This document shows, piece after piece, positions 1 to 9,129 of a DNA stretch of 64,000 bases. Source of the stretch: a virus; the IMG/VR virus record IMGVR_UViG_3300025018_000113, positions 34,733 through 98,732 of that record. One strand, written 5' to 3'. The translations under genes were made by a program, and so were the position numbers. Positions within the stretch are counted from its first letter, which is position 1, and each line of letters begins with the position of its first letter. The notes under the pieces are model-generated. The model saw only the letters and a program-made list of their open reading frames with translations. It ran no database searches and was not told the DNA's origin.

Positions 1-57
1 CAATGCCTTTGGAATAAAAATTTTGACTGAAAAAGAATTTATGGAACAGGTGAAAAC

Positions 58-534
58 ATGACTGATGAAACAACAGAAGAAGGGAAACCAGAAAGACCAA
101 AGTTGAAAAGCTTGGAAGACTTCAAACCAGAAGAAAGCACCGGTAAGATTTTTGATTTCCAGAAGGCAAAAGAAGAACGTGAAGAAGATGATGAAGAAAT
201 CATGTGGCCACCAAAATTAAGAACAAAGTTTTGTTTCCAACACGGTGAACAGGTTTTCAACTTTGATGTTGGCCCTTGCGGTGATGGGTTTCATATTGGT
301 TTCATTTCTTTCAAAGAAATGCAAACACCTTTTGGAACAATCGTGGCACAGCACCCAGTTTTGGACAAACACGTTGAATTAAATAAGTTTGAAAAATTGT
401 TGACCAAAATAGGTTTTAAGTTTGACATTGAAAAGCGTGTGGAACTGGAAACGCTAAACATGAAAAAGAAAATTGTCAAGATTCTTGATGATAGAAAGAA
501 AGCTGAAAAAATAAAAAATAAATTCAGGTTGTGA
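58..534 (+). CDS. hypothetical protein
   Basis: 158-aa ORF with phage-like codon usage; no recognised motif. Confidence 0.6.
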   Translation: MTDETTEEGKPERPKLKSLEDFKPEESTGKIFDFQKAKEEREEDDEEIMWPPKLRTKFCFQHGEQVFNFDVGPCGDGFHIGFISFKEMQTPFGTIVAQHPVLDKHVELNKFEKLLTKIGFKFDIEKRVELETLNMKKKIVKILDDRKKAEKIKNKFRL

Positions 535-622
535 TTATTCCAGAACTTGGTAAAATGATTCTTGAGGGATTATAAAAACGTGTTCAATCTTGATGTGATG
601 GGTTCCCCTAGTGGCCAACATC

Positions 623-666
623 GAACGGGCCAGAACACGGCCCTGTCATTTGGCCCGTTCTTTTTT
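623..666 (+). terminator. intrinsic terminator-like hairpin
   Basis: GAACGGGCCA (623-632) / TGGCCCGTTC (651-660) 10-bp stem followed by T6. Confidence 0.6.
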
Positions 667-710
667 ACATTTAGGCTTTCATTTCAAGCACTTGGTTGGT
701 GCTTTTTTTA

Positions 711-740
711 TTGACTTTTATTACTACATTGTAGTAAAAT
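711..740 (+). promoter_or_regulatory. sigma70-like promoter containing palindromic operator A
   Basis: TTGACT-18 nt-TAAAAT; perfect palindrome TTACTACA-T-TGTAGTAA at 721-737. Confidence 0.7.
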
Positions 741-746
741 AGTTAT

Positions 747-932
747 ATGAAAACACAAATTAAACAAAGAATTGAAAAATTAAAAAATGAAATCAAAGAC
801 CTTGAACTTGAATGGGAAAAATTTGATTCAACTGGAATGGCAACAAAACAGGAAGCGATTGTGAAAAAGATGCTGGAAAAGGTTGATGAAATTAAAGGTC
901 TTGAGTGGTTACTAAACTTCATAGGGGAATAG
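747..932 (+). CDS. small coiled-coil hypothetical protein, probably leaderless
   Basis: 61-aa ORF; ATG 6 nt after the -10 box; no SD. Confidence 0.6.
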   Translation: MKTQIKQRIEKLKNEIKDLELEWEKFDSTGMATKQEAIVKKMLEKVDEIKGLEWLLNFIGE

Positions 933-934
933 TT

Positions 935-1132
935 ATGAAAGTTTTTGTAAAATTAAATTTAAGAACAAAGAAATTTTCTGGAACTGAATTCTTCACTGGT
1001 AAGGTTCTTTTCACAGGCTTAAAAAAGATTCCTTACAAAAAAGATGCTGTCATCATTTACACTGGTAAGGGAAACAATGTTCACCCTAGTCTTTGGAAAG
1101 ATGATTGGTTTGAAGAAATGAAAGGGGAATAA
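935..1132 (+). CDS. hypothetical protein
   Basis: ATG at 935 after AGGGG SD; tightly packed operon. Confidence 0.6.
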   Translation: MKVFVKLNLRTKKFSGTEFFTGKVLFTGLKKIPYKKDAVIIYTGKGNNVHPSLWKDDWFEEMKGE

Positions 1133-1134
1133 TC

Positions 1135-1926
1135 ATGATTTTTGATGACAGTTTGGCCAGAAAAGAAACGCTTCAAGATAAGGTGAAGAACCGTGATGAA
1201 GAAGCTGAAATCATCCTTCAAATTTTACAGCTTGCAAAAAAGTTGAAACATTGCACTTATGAAGTGGCCGAAAAGGTCAGACACCCTGATTACATTGATG
1301 AACGTGACATTGAACACATTAGGAAAAAGCTTGATGTGAGATTCTGGCACCAGTGCCTTGAAGAATTTCAGGTTGAAAAGTTTTTGACCACAACGGACAA
1401 GGAAAAGCTTTATGAAAAGCTTGAAGATGAAGCACCAGTTTTCAACTTTGAAAATGTTATGGCAACAATTCACGGTTTTATGAATTCAAAAGAAGCAACA
1501 GCAACGGCCATGATAAGAAAGATTTATGAAGAAGTGACTGATGTTGTTTTCAGAAAAGGGAATAGTTTTAGGGCAACAGGTGAAAAACGCCTTCAAACTG
1601 GAATTCCAAAAAGTTTCAGAGCCTCAATTTTTTACACTTATGGGAAAGGTCTTCCAGCTTATATTTCATCAATGAATTCACGCTTTGCTTTAATTGAAGA
1701 CCTTGAACGTGCTTGCTATCTAGTTGATGGTAAACTTCAACCTGACAGACAACTGAACATTCATTCACTGGTTGATTTGGCCCTTAGGAACCATAGAAGC
1801 ATTGTTGACGGCCCCTATTTCCAGCTGGAAATGTTCAAGAACGGTAATGTGAAGGTGACTTTCAAAAGCCTTGAAGTGTTGAAAACCTTAAATCATTGGG
1901 GGCAAAAAGGGAACAGGTTGAAATAA
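1135..1926 (+). CDS. DUF4942-like protein
   Basis: C-terminal DLERACYLVDGK and YFQLEMFKNGNVKVTF resemble DUF4942. Confidence 0.6.
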   Translation: MIFDDSLARKETLQDKVKNRDEEAEIILQILQLAKKLKHCTYEVAEKVRHPDYIDERDIEHIRKKLDVRFWHQCLEEFQVEKFLTTTDKEKLYEKLEDEAPVFNFENVMATIHGFMNSKEATATAMIRKIYEEVTDVVFRKGNSFRATGEKRLQTGIPKSFRASIFYTYGKGLPAYISSMNSRFALIEDLERACYLVDGKLQPDRQLNIHSLVDLALRNHRSIVDGPYFQLEMFKNGNVKVTFKSLEVLKTLNHWGQKGNRLK

Positions 1927-1928
1927 AA

Positions 1929-2000
1929 TTGCTACATTGTAGTAAAAACGGTCACTTAAACAATCACTTTTTTCTGGTGTTATTTCCTACATTGTAGTAA
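1929..2000 (+). promoter_or_regulatory. tandem operator A pair (promoter cassette)
   Basis: TTGCTACATTGTAGTAA at 1929-1945 and TTCCTACATTGTAGTAA at 1984-2000. Confidence 0.75.
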
Positions 2001-2034
2001 TATTAAATCAAGGAAGCAAACAAGGGGAAACACA

Positions 2035-2190
2035 ATGAACACTGAAATCTTAAACTTAACTGAAAAACAAGCACAAGAATTAAGAGAAAGATTTGCACAA
2101 GCTATGAAAGGACAGAAAGAATCTGAAACAAAAGAAAAAGTTTTGAAAGTTGATTGGCTTGATGATTCTGTTCAGTATGTTACAAAATAA
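2035..2190 (+). CDS. 51-aa hypothetical protein (not in the ORF track)
   Basis: AAGGGG SD, then MNTEILNLTEKQAQELRERFAQ...YVTK-stop. Confidence 0.6.
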   Translation: MNTEILNLTEKQAQELRERFAQAMKGQKESETKEKVLKVDWLDDSVQYVTK

Positions 2191-2249
2191 GAAACAATAA
2201 AATGGGGCCAGGCGGTGGCCCCACATATTTTGAAGGTGATGGTGATTTT

Positions 2250-2792
2250 ATGAAACTTACACAAACAAAATTTTTGACTGATGATGAACTTGACCAATTA
2301 AGAAAGAACCTTGCAATGACCAGAAACCAGTTCCACGTTCTTTTGGTTGAATTCGCTTTGTTCACTGGTGCAAGGTCAGCTGAAATTGTTGAAGTCAGAA
2401 CAAGTGACCTAAACAATAATGGAACAGTAACCATCAAAGGAAAGAAGGGAAGCAATGACAAAACGGTTCCACTCCCACCAGCCTTTTTTCAGCGTTTGAA
2501 GAAATATGTTTCAACAATAAAGAACGGTGGAAATATTTTCCCAGTTTCAACTAGAATGTTCAGAAAGATTTGGGCCAATGTAACACCAAACAAAGACAAA
2601 AGCCTTCACAGTCTTAGACACACAATGGGTGTGAAACTTTACAACAACTGTGAAGACATTCATGCTGTGAAGACCATGTTGGGGCATAAGAACATTAGTT
2701 CAAGCATGGTTTACCTTGACTTTATTGAAGGTAATAGAAAACTTAAAAATTCCATAAAAAATATGTGGAATAAAAAATTGGATGTTGCATGA
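2250..2792 (+). CDS. short tyrosine recombinase (catalytic domain only)
   Basis: TGARSAEI (R), KGKKG (K), HSLRH, LGH, SMVY (Y); likely start ATG 2250, 180 aa. Confidence 0.9.
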   Translation: MKLTQTKFLTDDELDQLRKNLAMTRNQFHVLLVEFALFTGARSAEIVEVRTSDLNNNGTVTIKGKKGSNDKTVPLPPAFFQRLKKYVSTIKNGGNIFPVSTRMFRKIWANVTPNKDKSLHSLRHTMGVKLYNNCEDIHAVKTMLGHKNISSSMVYLDFIEGNRKLKNSIKNMWNKKLDVA

Positions 2793-2889
2793 TTGATAAG
2801 AAGTCTTTAGCAGAAAATGGAAGGATGGTGTGGTCAAATAAACTTGACCACGTTGCTTAAATATTCACCCACCTTGTTTGTTCTTAAAT

Positions 2890-2918
2890 AGGCCTGGCCA
2901 TTAGTGCTGGGCCTTTTT
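2890..2918 (+). terminator. intrinsic terminator
   Basis: GC-rich hairpin AGGCCTGGC...GCTGGGCCT followed by a T-run. Confidence 0.6.
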
Positions 2919-2950
2919 ATTGCACATTTTCCAGAACGTGGTAAAATCTT

Positions 2951-2969
2951 TGTTATACATTGTTATACA
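2951..2969 (+). promoter_or_regulatory. tandem operator B
   Basis: TGTTATACATTGTTATACA just after a TGnTAAAAT extended -10 box. Confidence 0.7.
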
Positions 2970-2985
2970 ATCAAGGAAGGTTGTT

Positions 2986-4392
2986 TTGCCTAAAAAAAGT
3001 CAGCTGAAAGACATCAGCAAAGAACAATTCAAAAAAGTTTACAATGACCTAAACGCCTTCAAAACAGTTCTGGAAGTTGGGGAACAGTTTGGGGTTTCAG
3101 AAAGGACAGTCAGGGTTTGGGCCGAAAAATTACGGCTGGAAGGTGTTGACCTTGTTGACCGTTCCAAGAATGGGATGTTCAGGCCAAAAGACAACCACAT
3201 TCTTCAAGCAAGAACCAGAAGGGAAAATGAGCTTCTGGTAAAGATTGAAAAAGTAAACTTACAGCTGGAAGAATTGAAGAAAGAAAACAAAGATTTGAAA
3301 CAGGCACCACCACTAAATTTTGAAGATAGGGTGGAAGTAAAAAAATTAAAAGATGAAGTCACAAAATTAAACGCTGACTTGCGTGAAGCTGAAAGACAAG
3401 CACTGACATCAGCACACTTGACCAACATGATTTGGGACATGAAGAAGCATGACTTTGGAAGTGTGCCCGATTGGTTGCAACCAAAGCAAAGCAAAAATGA
3501 AACACATGGAATTCCATGCTTGTTTCTTTCAGACATTCACTTTGATGAATACGTTGACCCAGCACAAATCAATTATGTAAACGAATTCAACCGTGACATT
3601 GCAACCAAAAGACTTCAACACACTTTCAACACTTCCATTGACATTCTTTTCAACAGAACAAAAAACCCAGTTTATGACGGTTTTGTTTTGGCCCTTGGCG
3701 GTGACCTTCTTTCAGGAAACATTCATGAAGAACTTGCTGAAACAAATGAAGATTCAATCATGCGTTCATTGTTGGCACTTACTGACATTCTTATTGATGG
3801 TGTTGAACTTCATTTGAAATATTTCAAAAGAATCTTTATTCCTTGTGTTGTTGGTAACCATGGAAGGCTTCACAAAAAACCACGTGCAAAAAATAAGGTC
3901 TTTGACAATTATGAATGGCTGGTTTACCAGTTTATGGCCAGGCACTTCAAGAATGATGACCGTGTGACGTTCTTGATTCCTGATGGGCCTGATGCGCATT
4001 TCAGAATTTATGACCAAGGTTTTCTTCTTACACACGGTGACCAGTTCAGGGGTGGAAATGCCATTGCTGGAATCTTTTCACCATTGATGTTGGGCTTTCA
4101 TAGAAAGCAAAAGAAACAAGCATCAGTAAACAAGTCTTTTGATGTCATGATGGTTGGACACTTTCACCAGTATGTTCACACAAATCAACTTGTCATAAAT
4201 GGAAGTGTGAAAGGTGCTGATGAATTTTCAAATATTATGAATTTTTCTTTTGAAAGACCACAGCAAGCTTTATGGGTGAACCACCCAGAAAATGGAATGG
4301 TTTTTAGAACACCTATATTGTGCGATTCCTATGAAAATGGTAGGACTGATTTCAAAAAGAATTCAGTTTTTCAAATCGGCGGTAACGGGTGA
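2986..4392 (+). CDS. HTH/coiled-coil plus calcineurin-like metallophosphoesterase
   Basis: SDIH, GGDLLSG, GNHG, THGD, GHFH motifs; N-terminal HTH (VGEQFGVSERTVR); probable TTG start after AAGGAAGG. Confidence 0.85.
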   Translation: MPKKSQLKDISKEQFKKVYNDLNAFKTVLEVGEQFGVSERTVRVWAEKLRLEGVDLVDRSKNGMFRPKDNHILQARTRRENELLVKIEKVNLQLEELKKENKDLKQAPPLNFEDRVEVKKLKDEVTKLNADLREAERQALTSAHLTNMIWDMKKHDFGSVPDWLQPKQSKNETHGIPCLFLSDIHFDEYVDPAQINYVNEFNRDIATKRLQHTFNTSIDILFNRTKNPVYDGFVLALGGDLLSGNIHEELAETNEDSIMRSLLALTDILIDGVELHLKYFKRIFIPCVVGNHGRLHKKPRAKNKVFDNYEWLVYQFMARHFKNDDRVTFLIPDGPDAHFRIYDQGFLLTHGDQFRGGNAIAGIFSPLMLGFHRKQKKQASVNKSFDVMMVGHFHQYVHTNQLVINGSVKGADEFSNIMNFSFERPQQALWVNHPENGMVFRTPILCDSYENGRTDFKKNSVFQIGGNG

Positions 4393-5183
4393 TTGTCTAT
4401 TGTGCTGTTTTTGATAACGGTAAAAAATATTTTGGATGCACAACAGCAACTTTGAAGAAGCGTTCAAATGAGCATATCAGGCAAGCCAAACGTGGTGCTG
4501 GTTCATTTTTCCATCAAGCACTTAGAGAAAATGAATTCAAGTGTAAGTGGAAAACTGTAAAAATGTGCAGTTCAAAAGAAGAAATGTTTCAAGCTGAAAA
4601 AAATTTCATAAAGCGACACAAATCAAACAACCCATTACACGGTTACAATCGAACAGCTGGTGGTGAGTTTGGCCATTGCGGTTCTGTTATTACAGAAAAA
4701 AGAAGGCTGTCTTCAAAACTTGTTTCCACCAATCTTTGGAAAGATGGAAAAATGAATCACTTAAAAAGAAAACTTCTAAACTTAAATACTGGTGAAGTTT
4801 ACGATTCTGTTGCTGATGCTTCAAAACAATTGAATGTTTCAGTTTCATCAATAATTACTTGTATAAAAAAGAAGCGCATGGTTGGTAAGAAGTATTTTTT
4901 AATTGATTTCAAGGAAAATATTTCCATTGAAAAAGAATTAAATAAAATCAAAGCCGTTATTCAAGACAGACAGGACAAAAAAGCAAAGAAGTTTAGTTTT
5001 CCAGTGATGTGCTTAAACAATAAAAAAGTTTACGCATCATACAAAGAAGCATCAAAAGATTTGAAAATAAGTGATGCTGGAATTTGTAGGGCCTTAAAGG
5101 AACAAAGGCCAGTGTGTGGGTTTACATTCAAATTAGTCAAGGAAGACAAAACAAATGAGCGTAAAAATTTCACCAGAACTTAA
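4389..5183 (+). CDS. GIY-YIG homing endonuclease with NUMOD1-type repeats
   Basis: IVY...KYFG..T..R...H, E...I, GYN; two C-terminal 'VY.S..EASK.L' repeats. Confidence 0.8.
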   Translation: MIVYCAVFDNGKKYFGCTTATLKKRSNEHIRQAKRGAGSFFHQALRENEFKCKWKTVKMCSSKEEMFQAEKNFIKRHKSNNPLHGYNRTAGGEFGHCGSVITEKRRLSSKLVSTNLWKDGKMNHLKRKLLNLNTGEVYDSVADASKQLNVSVSSIITCIKKKRMVGKKYFLIDFKENISIEKELNKIKAVIQDRQDKKAKKFSFPVMCLNNKKVYASYKEASKDLKISDAGICRALKEQRPVCGFTFKLVKEDKTNERKNFTRT

Positions 5184-5592
5184 ATGGGTGATTCCTTACC
5201 TTAAACGTGCAAGCAAAATTGTTCCAGTTGAACAACTTGAAAAAATCATTGCCGTGAAACCCAGGTTGGAACAAATTCAACACTGTCACGCACAGTTGGT
5301 GACTGAAACAAACACCCACACCAACCAAGTAAAAAGGCGTTACATTTCCCTGAACTTATATTATGTCAAATCACATCAGCTGAAACCATTAAAAAGGAAG
5401 AAGGTTCCTTTCAGTAAAATTGACTTGCTTGAAACATTGGCCCATGAGTTGGCCCACTTGATTGATGTCAAACACACACCAAAGCATAAGAAGCTTGAAA
5501 ACAGGTTGTGTTCTATTTTTATGACCATGCTGGAACAAACAGGCTATGTTTCAGAAGAATATGAAATGAAACATTCAAGACCACGCTTCTAA
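5155..5592 (+). CDS. zincin metallopeptidase (SprT/WLM-like)
   Basis: TLAHELAH...H motif. Confidence 0.7.
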   Translation: MSVKISPELKWVIPYLKRASKIVPVEQLEKIIAVKPRLEQIQHCHAQLVTETNTHTNQVKRRYISLNLYYVKSHQLKPLKRKKVPFSKIDLLETLAHELAHLIDVKHTPKHKKLENRLCSIFMTMLEQTGYVSEEYEMKHSRPRF

Positions 5593-5597
5593 ATTTC

Positions 5598-5669
5598 TTA
5601 CCACATTGTAGTAAAAACAGGCACTTAGATAGTGTCTTTTTTATTGTTCTATTTCCTACAATGTAGTAA
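5598..5669 (+). promoter_or_regulatory. tandem operator A pair (promoter cassette)
   Basis: TTACCACATTGTAGTAA at 5598-5614 and TTCCTACAATGTAGTAA at 5653-5669; same 55-bp spacing as 1929/1984. Confidence 0.75.
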
Positions 5670-5701
5670 GATAGTATTAAGAAACAAACTAAGGGGCAAC
5701 C

Positions 5702-5926
5702 ATGCAAATCACAAACGTGCAAGAACACAAACACCTTACAGCAACAGAAAGAAAAGCAATTGTTGCGATTCTTGAAGCTGGTTTGATGGAAGGCAAGGTT
5801 GGCCGTAAAGTTTTCAGAATTACAAAATTAGAAGAAGGTTTCAAAGTTATGATTGAATCAAAAAGAAGTAATGACTATGGGAAAATGATTGATGTGACTT
5901 ATTCAGCCACATTCAACGTGAAATAA
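5702..5926 (+). CDS. hypothetical protein
   Basis: 74-aa ORF with AAGGGG SD. Confidence 0.65.
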   Translation: MQITNVQEHKHLTATERKAIVAILEAGLMEGKVGRKVFRITKLEEGFKVMIESKRSNDYGKMIDVTYSATFNVK

Positions 5927-5935
5927 GGGGGAATC

Positions 5936-6511
5936 ATGAAAACTTTAATTTTACTTTTCACGCTTTCAATGAACGCTTTTGCTTTGACACCAGAACAGGT
6001 GAAGGCAATCAACGAACAGAACGCAAGGGCAATGGAAAACATTTATGCCAATGGTGTGAATCATGTGAACACAGAAGCACCACAAGAAGTTGAATCAGAA
6101 GTTGTGACAAATAAGGAATTCAAAAAGATTCAAAAGGAACAAGCCAAGAAAAAAGAAAAAGTCCCATTTATTTTGAATTCCAGTGAGTATGTTAAGAACC
6201 AAACAAAGCACTTGAACAAGCAATTCAAAGTGATGGTCATTGGTGACACCATAATTGCACCAGCTGGTGACAAGAAGGCCTGTGCATTTAATTACATTCA
6301 ACTGACTGATGACAGTGGCTTTGAAGCGCAAACTGGACACGGGCAATATTACATTGAAAGTTTGAAAGGTGTTGGTTGTTCCAGACTGATTGACATTCAT
6401 GGTCAGGATGCGTCAAGTGTTGATTTGATTGTGAAGTTCATTGGGTTGTCACAATCACCGCAAGACCCTAAGAAGCTTGTTCCTGTTCTTGAAGTTGTAA
6501 GAGTGGACTAG
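5936..6511 (+). CDS. exported protein with Sec signal peptide
   Basis: N-terminus MKTLILLFTLSMNAFA (A-x-A cleavage site). Confidence 0.7.
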   Translation: MKTLILLFTLSMNAFALTPEQVKAINEQNARAMENIYANGVNHVNTEAPQEVESEVVTNKEFKKIQKEQAKKKEKVPFILNSSEYVKNQTKHLNKQFKVMVIGDTIIAPAGDKKACAFNYIQLTDDSGFEAQTGHGQYYIESLKGVGCSRLIDIHGQDASSVDLIVKFIGLSQSPQDPKKLVPVLEVVRVD

Positions 6512-6513
6512 GT

Positions 6514-6549
6514 TTGACATTGTAGTAAAAACACTTTACAGTGTAGTAA
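6514..6549 (+). promoter_or_regulatory. sigma70 promoter overlapped by two partial operator A sites
   Basis: TTGACA-17 nt-TACAGT; ACA-N-TGTAGTAA occurs twice. Confidence 0.7.
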
Positions 6550-6562
6550 TAAGGGGAATTTT

Positions 6563-6907
6563 ATGCCAGCAAAAGGATGGTTGTCTGTTCGTGACTTACC
6601 GACAACAAAAAAGAAAACAGTCAAAGAAGTCATGCAAGAATTCAACAACACCTTTCAGCTGTGTCAGCATTGTAAAGGTCAAGGTTATACGGTTGAAAAA
6701 TACGATGAATTTTATAATGGAATTTCAACTGTTCGTTTTGATGATAACCTTGACCTTAATTCATTAAACGATGCTGGAAAATTAAACGGTGACACTGTGA
6801 AAAAGATTGTTGAAACAATCGTTCATGGAAGACAGCAATGCGACAAATGCAAGGGATTTGGATTTGTCAAAAAATCAAGGAAGACAGAACATGGAACAAA
6901 AGAATAA
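6563..6907 (+). CDS. DnaJ-type zinc-finger protein
   Basis: CQHCKGQG and CDKCKGFG. Confidence 0.65.
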   Translation: MPAKGWLSVRDLPTTKKKTVKEVMQEFNNTFQLCQHCKGQGYTVEKYDEFYNGISTVRFDDNLDLNSLNDAGKLNGDTVKKIVETIVHGRQQCDKCKGFGFVKKSRKTEHGTKE

Positions 6908-7589
6908 TTTTTTTGAAACTGTTTTTAAGAAAGTAAAACAACACACTCTTTTCTGGTTGATGGACACAAAGTTGTGGTTCAATCTGTTGAAGTACACGGT
7001 GCCTTTTATTCGTCTTACAACTTACTATCCACACATGAAAAAACTTACATTTCAAAAACTTTACAACCAGCTTCAAGCTGGTGATTTAGTTTTTCAAGTT
7101 GACTATGACAAACTTACCACCAAAGTCATTGGTGGTGAATGGTCACACGTTGGAATTTGTGTTGATAAGGGTGAAGGGAAAATTGAAATTGTGGACATGA
7201 CACATGAAGGGTTTAGAAAAACCGACTTCTTCCAGTTCTGTTCTGAAAGTTCACGTGTTGCAATTGGAAGAATTGATGACCCAAGATGGACACCAGAAGT
7301 CACCAAAGAATTTCTTGCCAATGTTTGGGAAGAAGACGGTTCAGAATATAACTGGTCATTTAGGGCAAAAGAAAAATATGACCCAAGAAAACACGGGCCA
7401 ACAACAAAGAATGGTGGCAAGGTTTACAAGTTCAATTACTGTTCCCAGCTTCCAATGGTTGCTGACAAACATGACATCATTGATGCTGACTGGGAAGATT
7501 TGGCTGGCCTTGGTGTTCCTTATATTTCACCAACTGGACTTTTCAAAGCAAGCAACATGAAGATTGTTGCTGATTCTGACACAATCTAA
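6891..7589 (+). CDS. permuted papain-like amidase (YiiX/YebB, NlpC/P60 superfamily)
   Basis: GDLVF, WSHVGI, Y.W, YCSQL; catalytic His precedes Cys. Confidence 0.75.
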   Translation: MEQKNNFFETVFKKVKQHTLFWLMDTKLWFNLLKYTVPFIRLTTYYPHMKKLTFQKLYNQLQAGDLVFQVDYDKLTTKVIGGEWSHVGICVDKGEGKIEIVDMTHEGFRKTDFFQFCSESSRVAIGRIDDPRWTPEVTKEFLANVWEEDGSEYNWSFRAKEKYDPRKHGPTTKNGGKVYKFNYCSQLPMVADKHDIIDADWEDLAGLGVPYISPTGLFKASNMKIVADSDTI

Positions 7590-7599
7590 GGCGTAAATA

Positions 7600-8271
7600 A
7601 TGAGTGAAGAAAAAAAGAAGAAAAAGAAAAAACAGAAACCTTCAAACAAGCTGACAGCTTCCCAGCAAAGGGAACTTGAAATAAATATTAGAAGTTTGAA
7701 AGGGAAAGGTTATTCTGACATTGAAATTTTAGAAAAATTAAACATACAGCCGCACATTTATAAACAATACTTGGCAAGAATTCATGACATCGACAATGAA
7801 ACTTTTAGGTCACTCGATTCTGTAAAAGTTTATTCAGAATTTGTGGAAAAGTCACGTGTGCTTGTGAAAGACTTGGACAAAATGCAAAAGCGTTTTGATT
7901 TCAGAAAACAGTTCACGGCACTTGTTGCGGCTATTAAGATGAAACATGACATCAACAAAGACGTTGTGAAGCTTGGCCAGCAATTAGGTTTTATTGAAAA
8001 CAAGGGTGGTGAAGTCAGTGTTGAAGCTGAAATGACTTTTTCAACTATGACCACCGATGATGTGAAACAGCAAGTGAATGATGAAGTGGCCAGACTTAAT
8101 GCCATGGCAAATAAACCCATTATTGAAATGCGGCCAGAACTTCTTGCATCACTTGGTGAAGATGAAAAAAGAATAAGGAAATTTATTCCTGATAAGGTTT
8201 TAATTCCAGAAGTTGAAAAGAAAACAGAAAAGAAGACAAAAGTAAAAATAAAACTGAAAAGGAAACAATAA
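7600..8271 (+). CDS. putative terminase small subunit
   Basis: N-terminal HTH (GYSDIEILEKLNI), helical body, upstream of the large subunit. Confidence 0.55.
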   Translation: MSEEKKKKKKKQKPSNKLTASQQRELEINIRSLKGKGYSDIEILEKLNIQPHIYKQYLARIHDIDNETFRSLDSVKVYSEFVEKSRVLVKDLDKMQKRFDFRKQFTALVAAIKMKHDINKDVVKLGQQLGFIENKGGEVSVEAEMTFSTMTTDDVKQQVNDEVARLNAMANKPIIEMRPELLASLGEDEKRIRKFIPDKVLIPEVEKKTEKKTKVKIKLKRKQ

Positions 8272-9116
8272 TGAAAAACTGTATTTTATATCATTCAAAC
8301 TGTTATGACGGTTTTGGTTCAGCTTATTCAGCTTGGAAAAAATTCAAAGATGATGCTGTTTACATTCCGTGTTCTTACGGGATGCCTATTCCAGAAAAAT
8401 ACATTGAAAAAAATAAGATTTGGGAAGCTGTTTTCATTCTTGATTTCTCTTTTGATGAAAAAACACTTCTTGAATTAAAGGAACATTGTCAGAAAATAAT
8501 TCTGATTGACCATCACAAAACAGCACAAGAAAAACTTGAACCGCTGAAAGGGAAATATGATTGGCTTGAAATAAACTTTGATATGAACAAGTCAGGCGCA
8601 TTACTTTCATGGGAATACTTTCATGGTGATGCACATGAAGCACACATCAACCCAACTGTTCCAGCAATCCCACAATTGATTGCACACATTTCTGACCGTG
8701 ACTTATGGAAGTTTGAAATGGAAGGTTCAGAAGAAGTTCACAAAGCACTTGTTTCTTATCCAATGGATTTTGAATTGTGGGATAAGTTTGACGTTGAAGA
8801 ACTGAAAAAAGAAGGTGCTGTTCTTAAAAGAATGTATGACAACTTAGTTGACAATATTTGCAAGCACCCATTTGTGAAAAAAATTGAAGGCCATGAAGTT
8901 CCAATTGTGAACACAACAATTGCCTGGTCAGAAGTTGGTGCAAAATTACTTGAAAAATTTCCTGATGCGCCTTTTGTTGCTTCATTCACTGTCTTTGAAG
9001 ACCAAGTGATGTGGTCATTGCGTTCAAGGAAAAATTTTGATGTTTCAGAAATTGCAAAAAAGTTTGGTGGCGGTGGTCACCCGCAAGCGGCTGGTTTCAA
9101 AACCGTAAAAATTTAA
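8271..9116 (+). CDS. DHH/DHHA1 phosphoesterase (NrnB-like)
   Basis: H..C.DG, LDF, IDHH, SLRS, GGGGHPQAAG motifs. Confidence 0.9.
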   Translation: MKNCILYHSNCYDGFGSAYSAWKKFKDDAVYIPCSYGMPIPEKYIEKNKIWEAVFILDFSFDEKTLLELKEHCQKIILIDHHKTAQEKLEPLKGKYDWLEINFDMNKSGALLSWEYFHGDAHEAHINPTVPAIPQLIAHISDRDLWKFEMEGSEEVHKALVSYPMDFELWDKFDVEELKKEGAVLKRMYDNLVDNICKHPFVKKIEGHEVPIVNTTIAWSEVGAKLLEKFPDAPFVASFTVFEDQVMWSLRSRKNFDVSEIAKKFGGGGHPQAAGFKTVKI

Positions 9117-9129
9117 GTGGTGTGAAATA

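Noticed and set aside
4389-5183. Group I intron carrying the GIY-YIG gene (also 44481-45173)
   Set aside because: Flanking genes are intact and abut or overlap the endonuclease ORFs, leaving no room for an intron core
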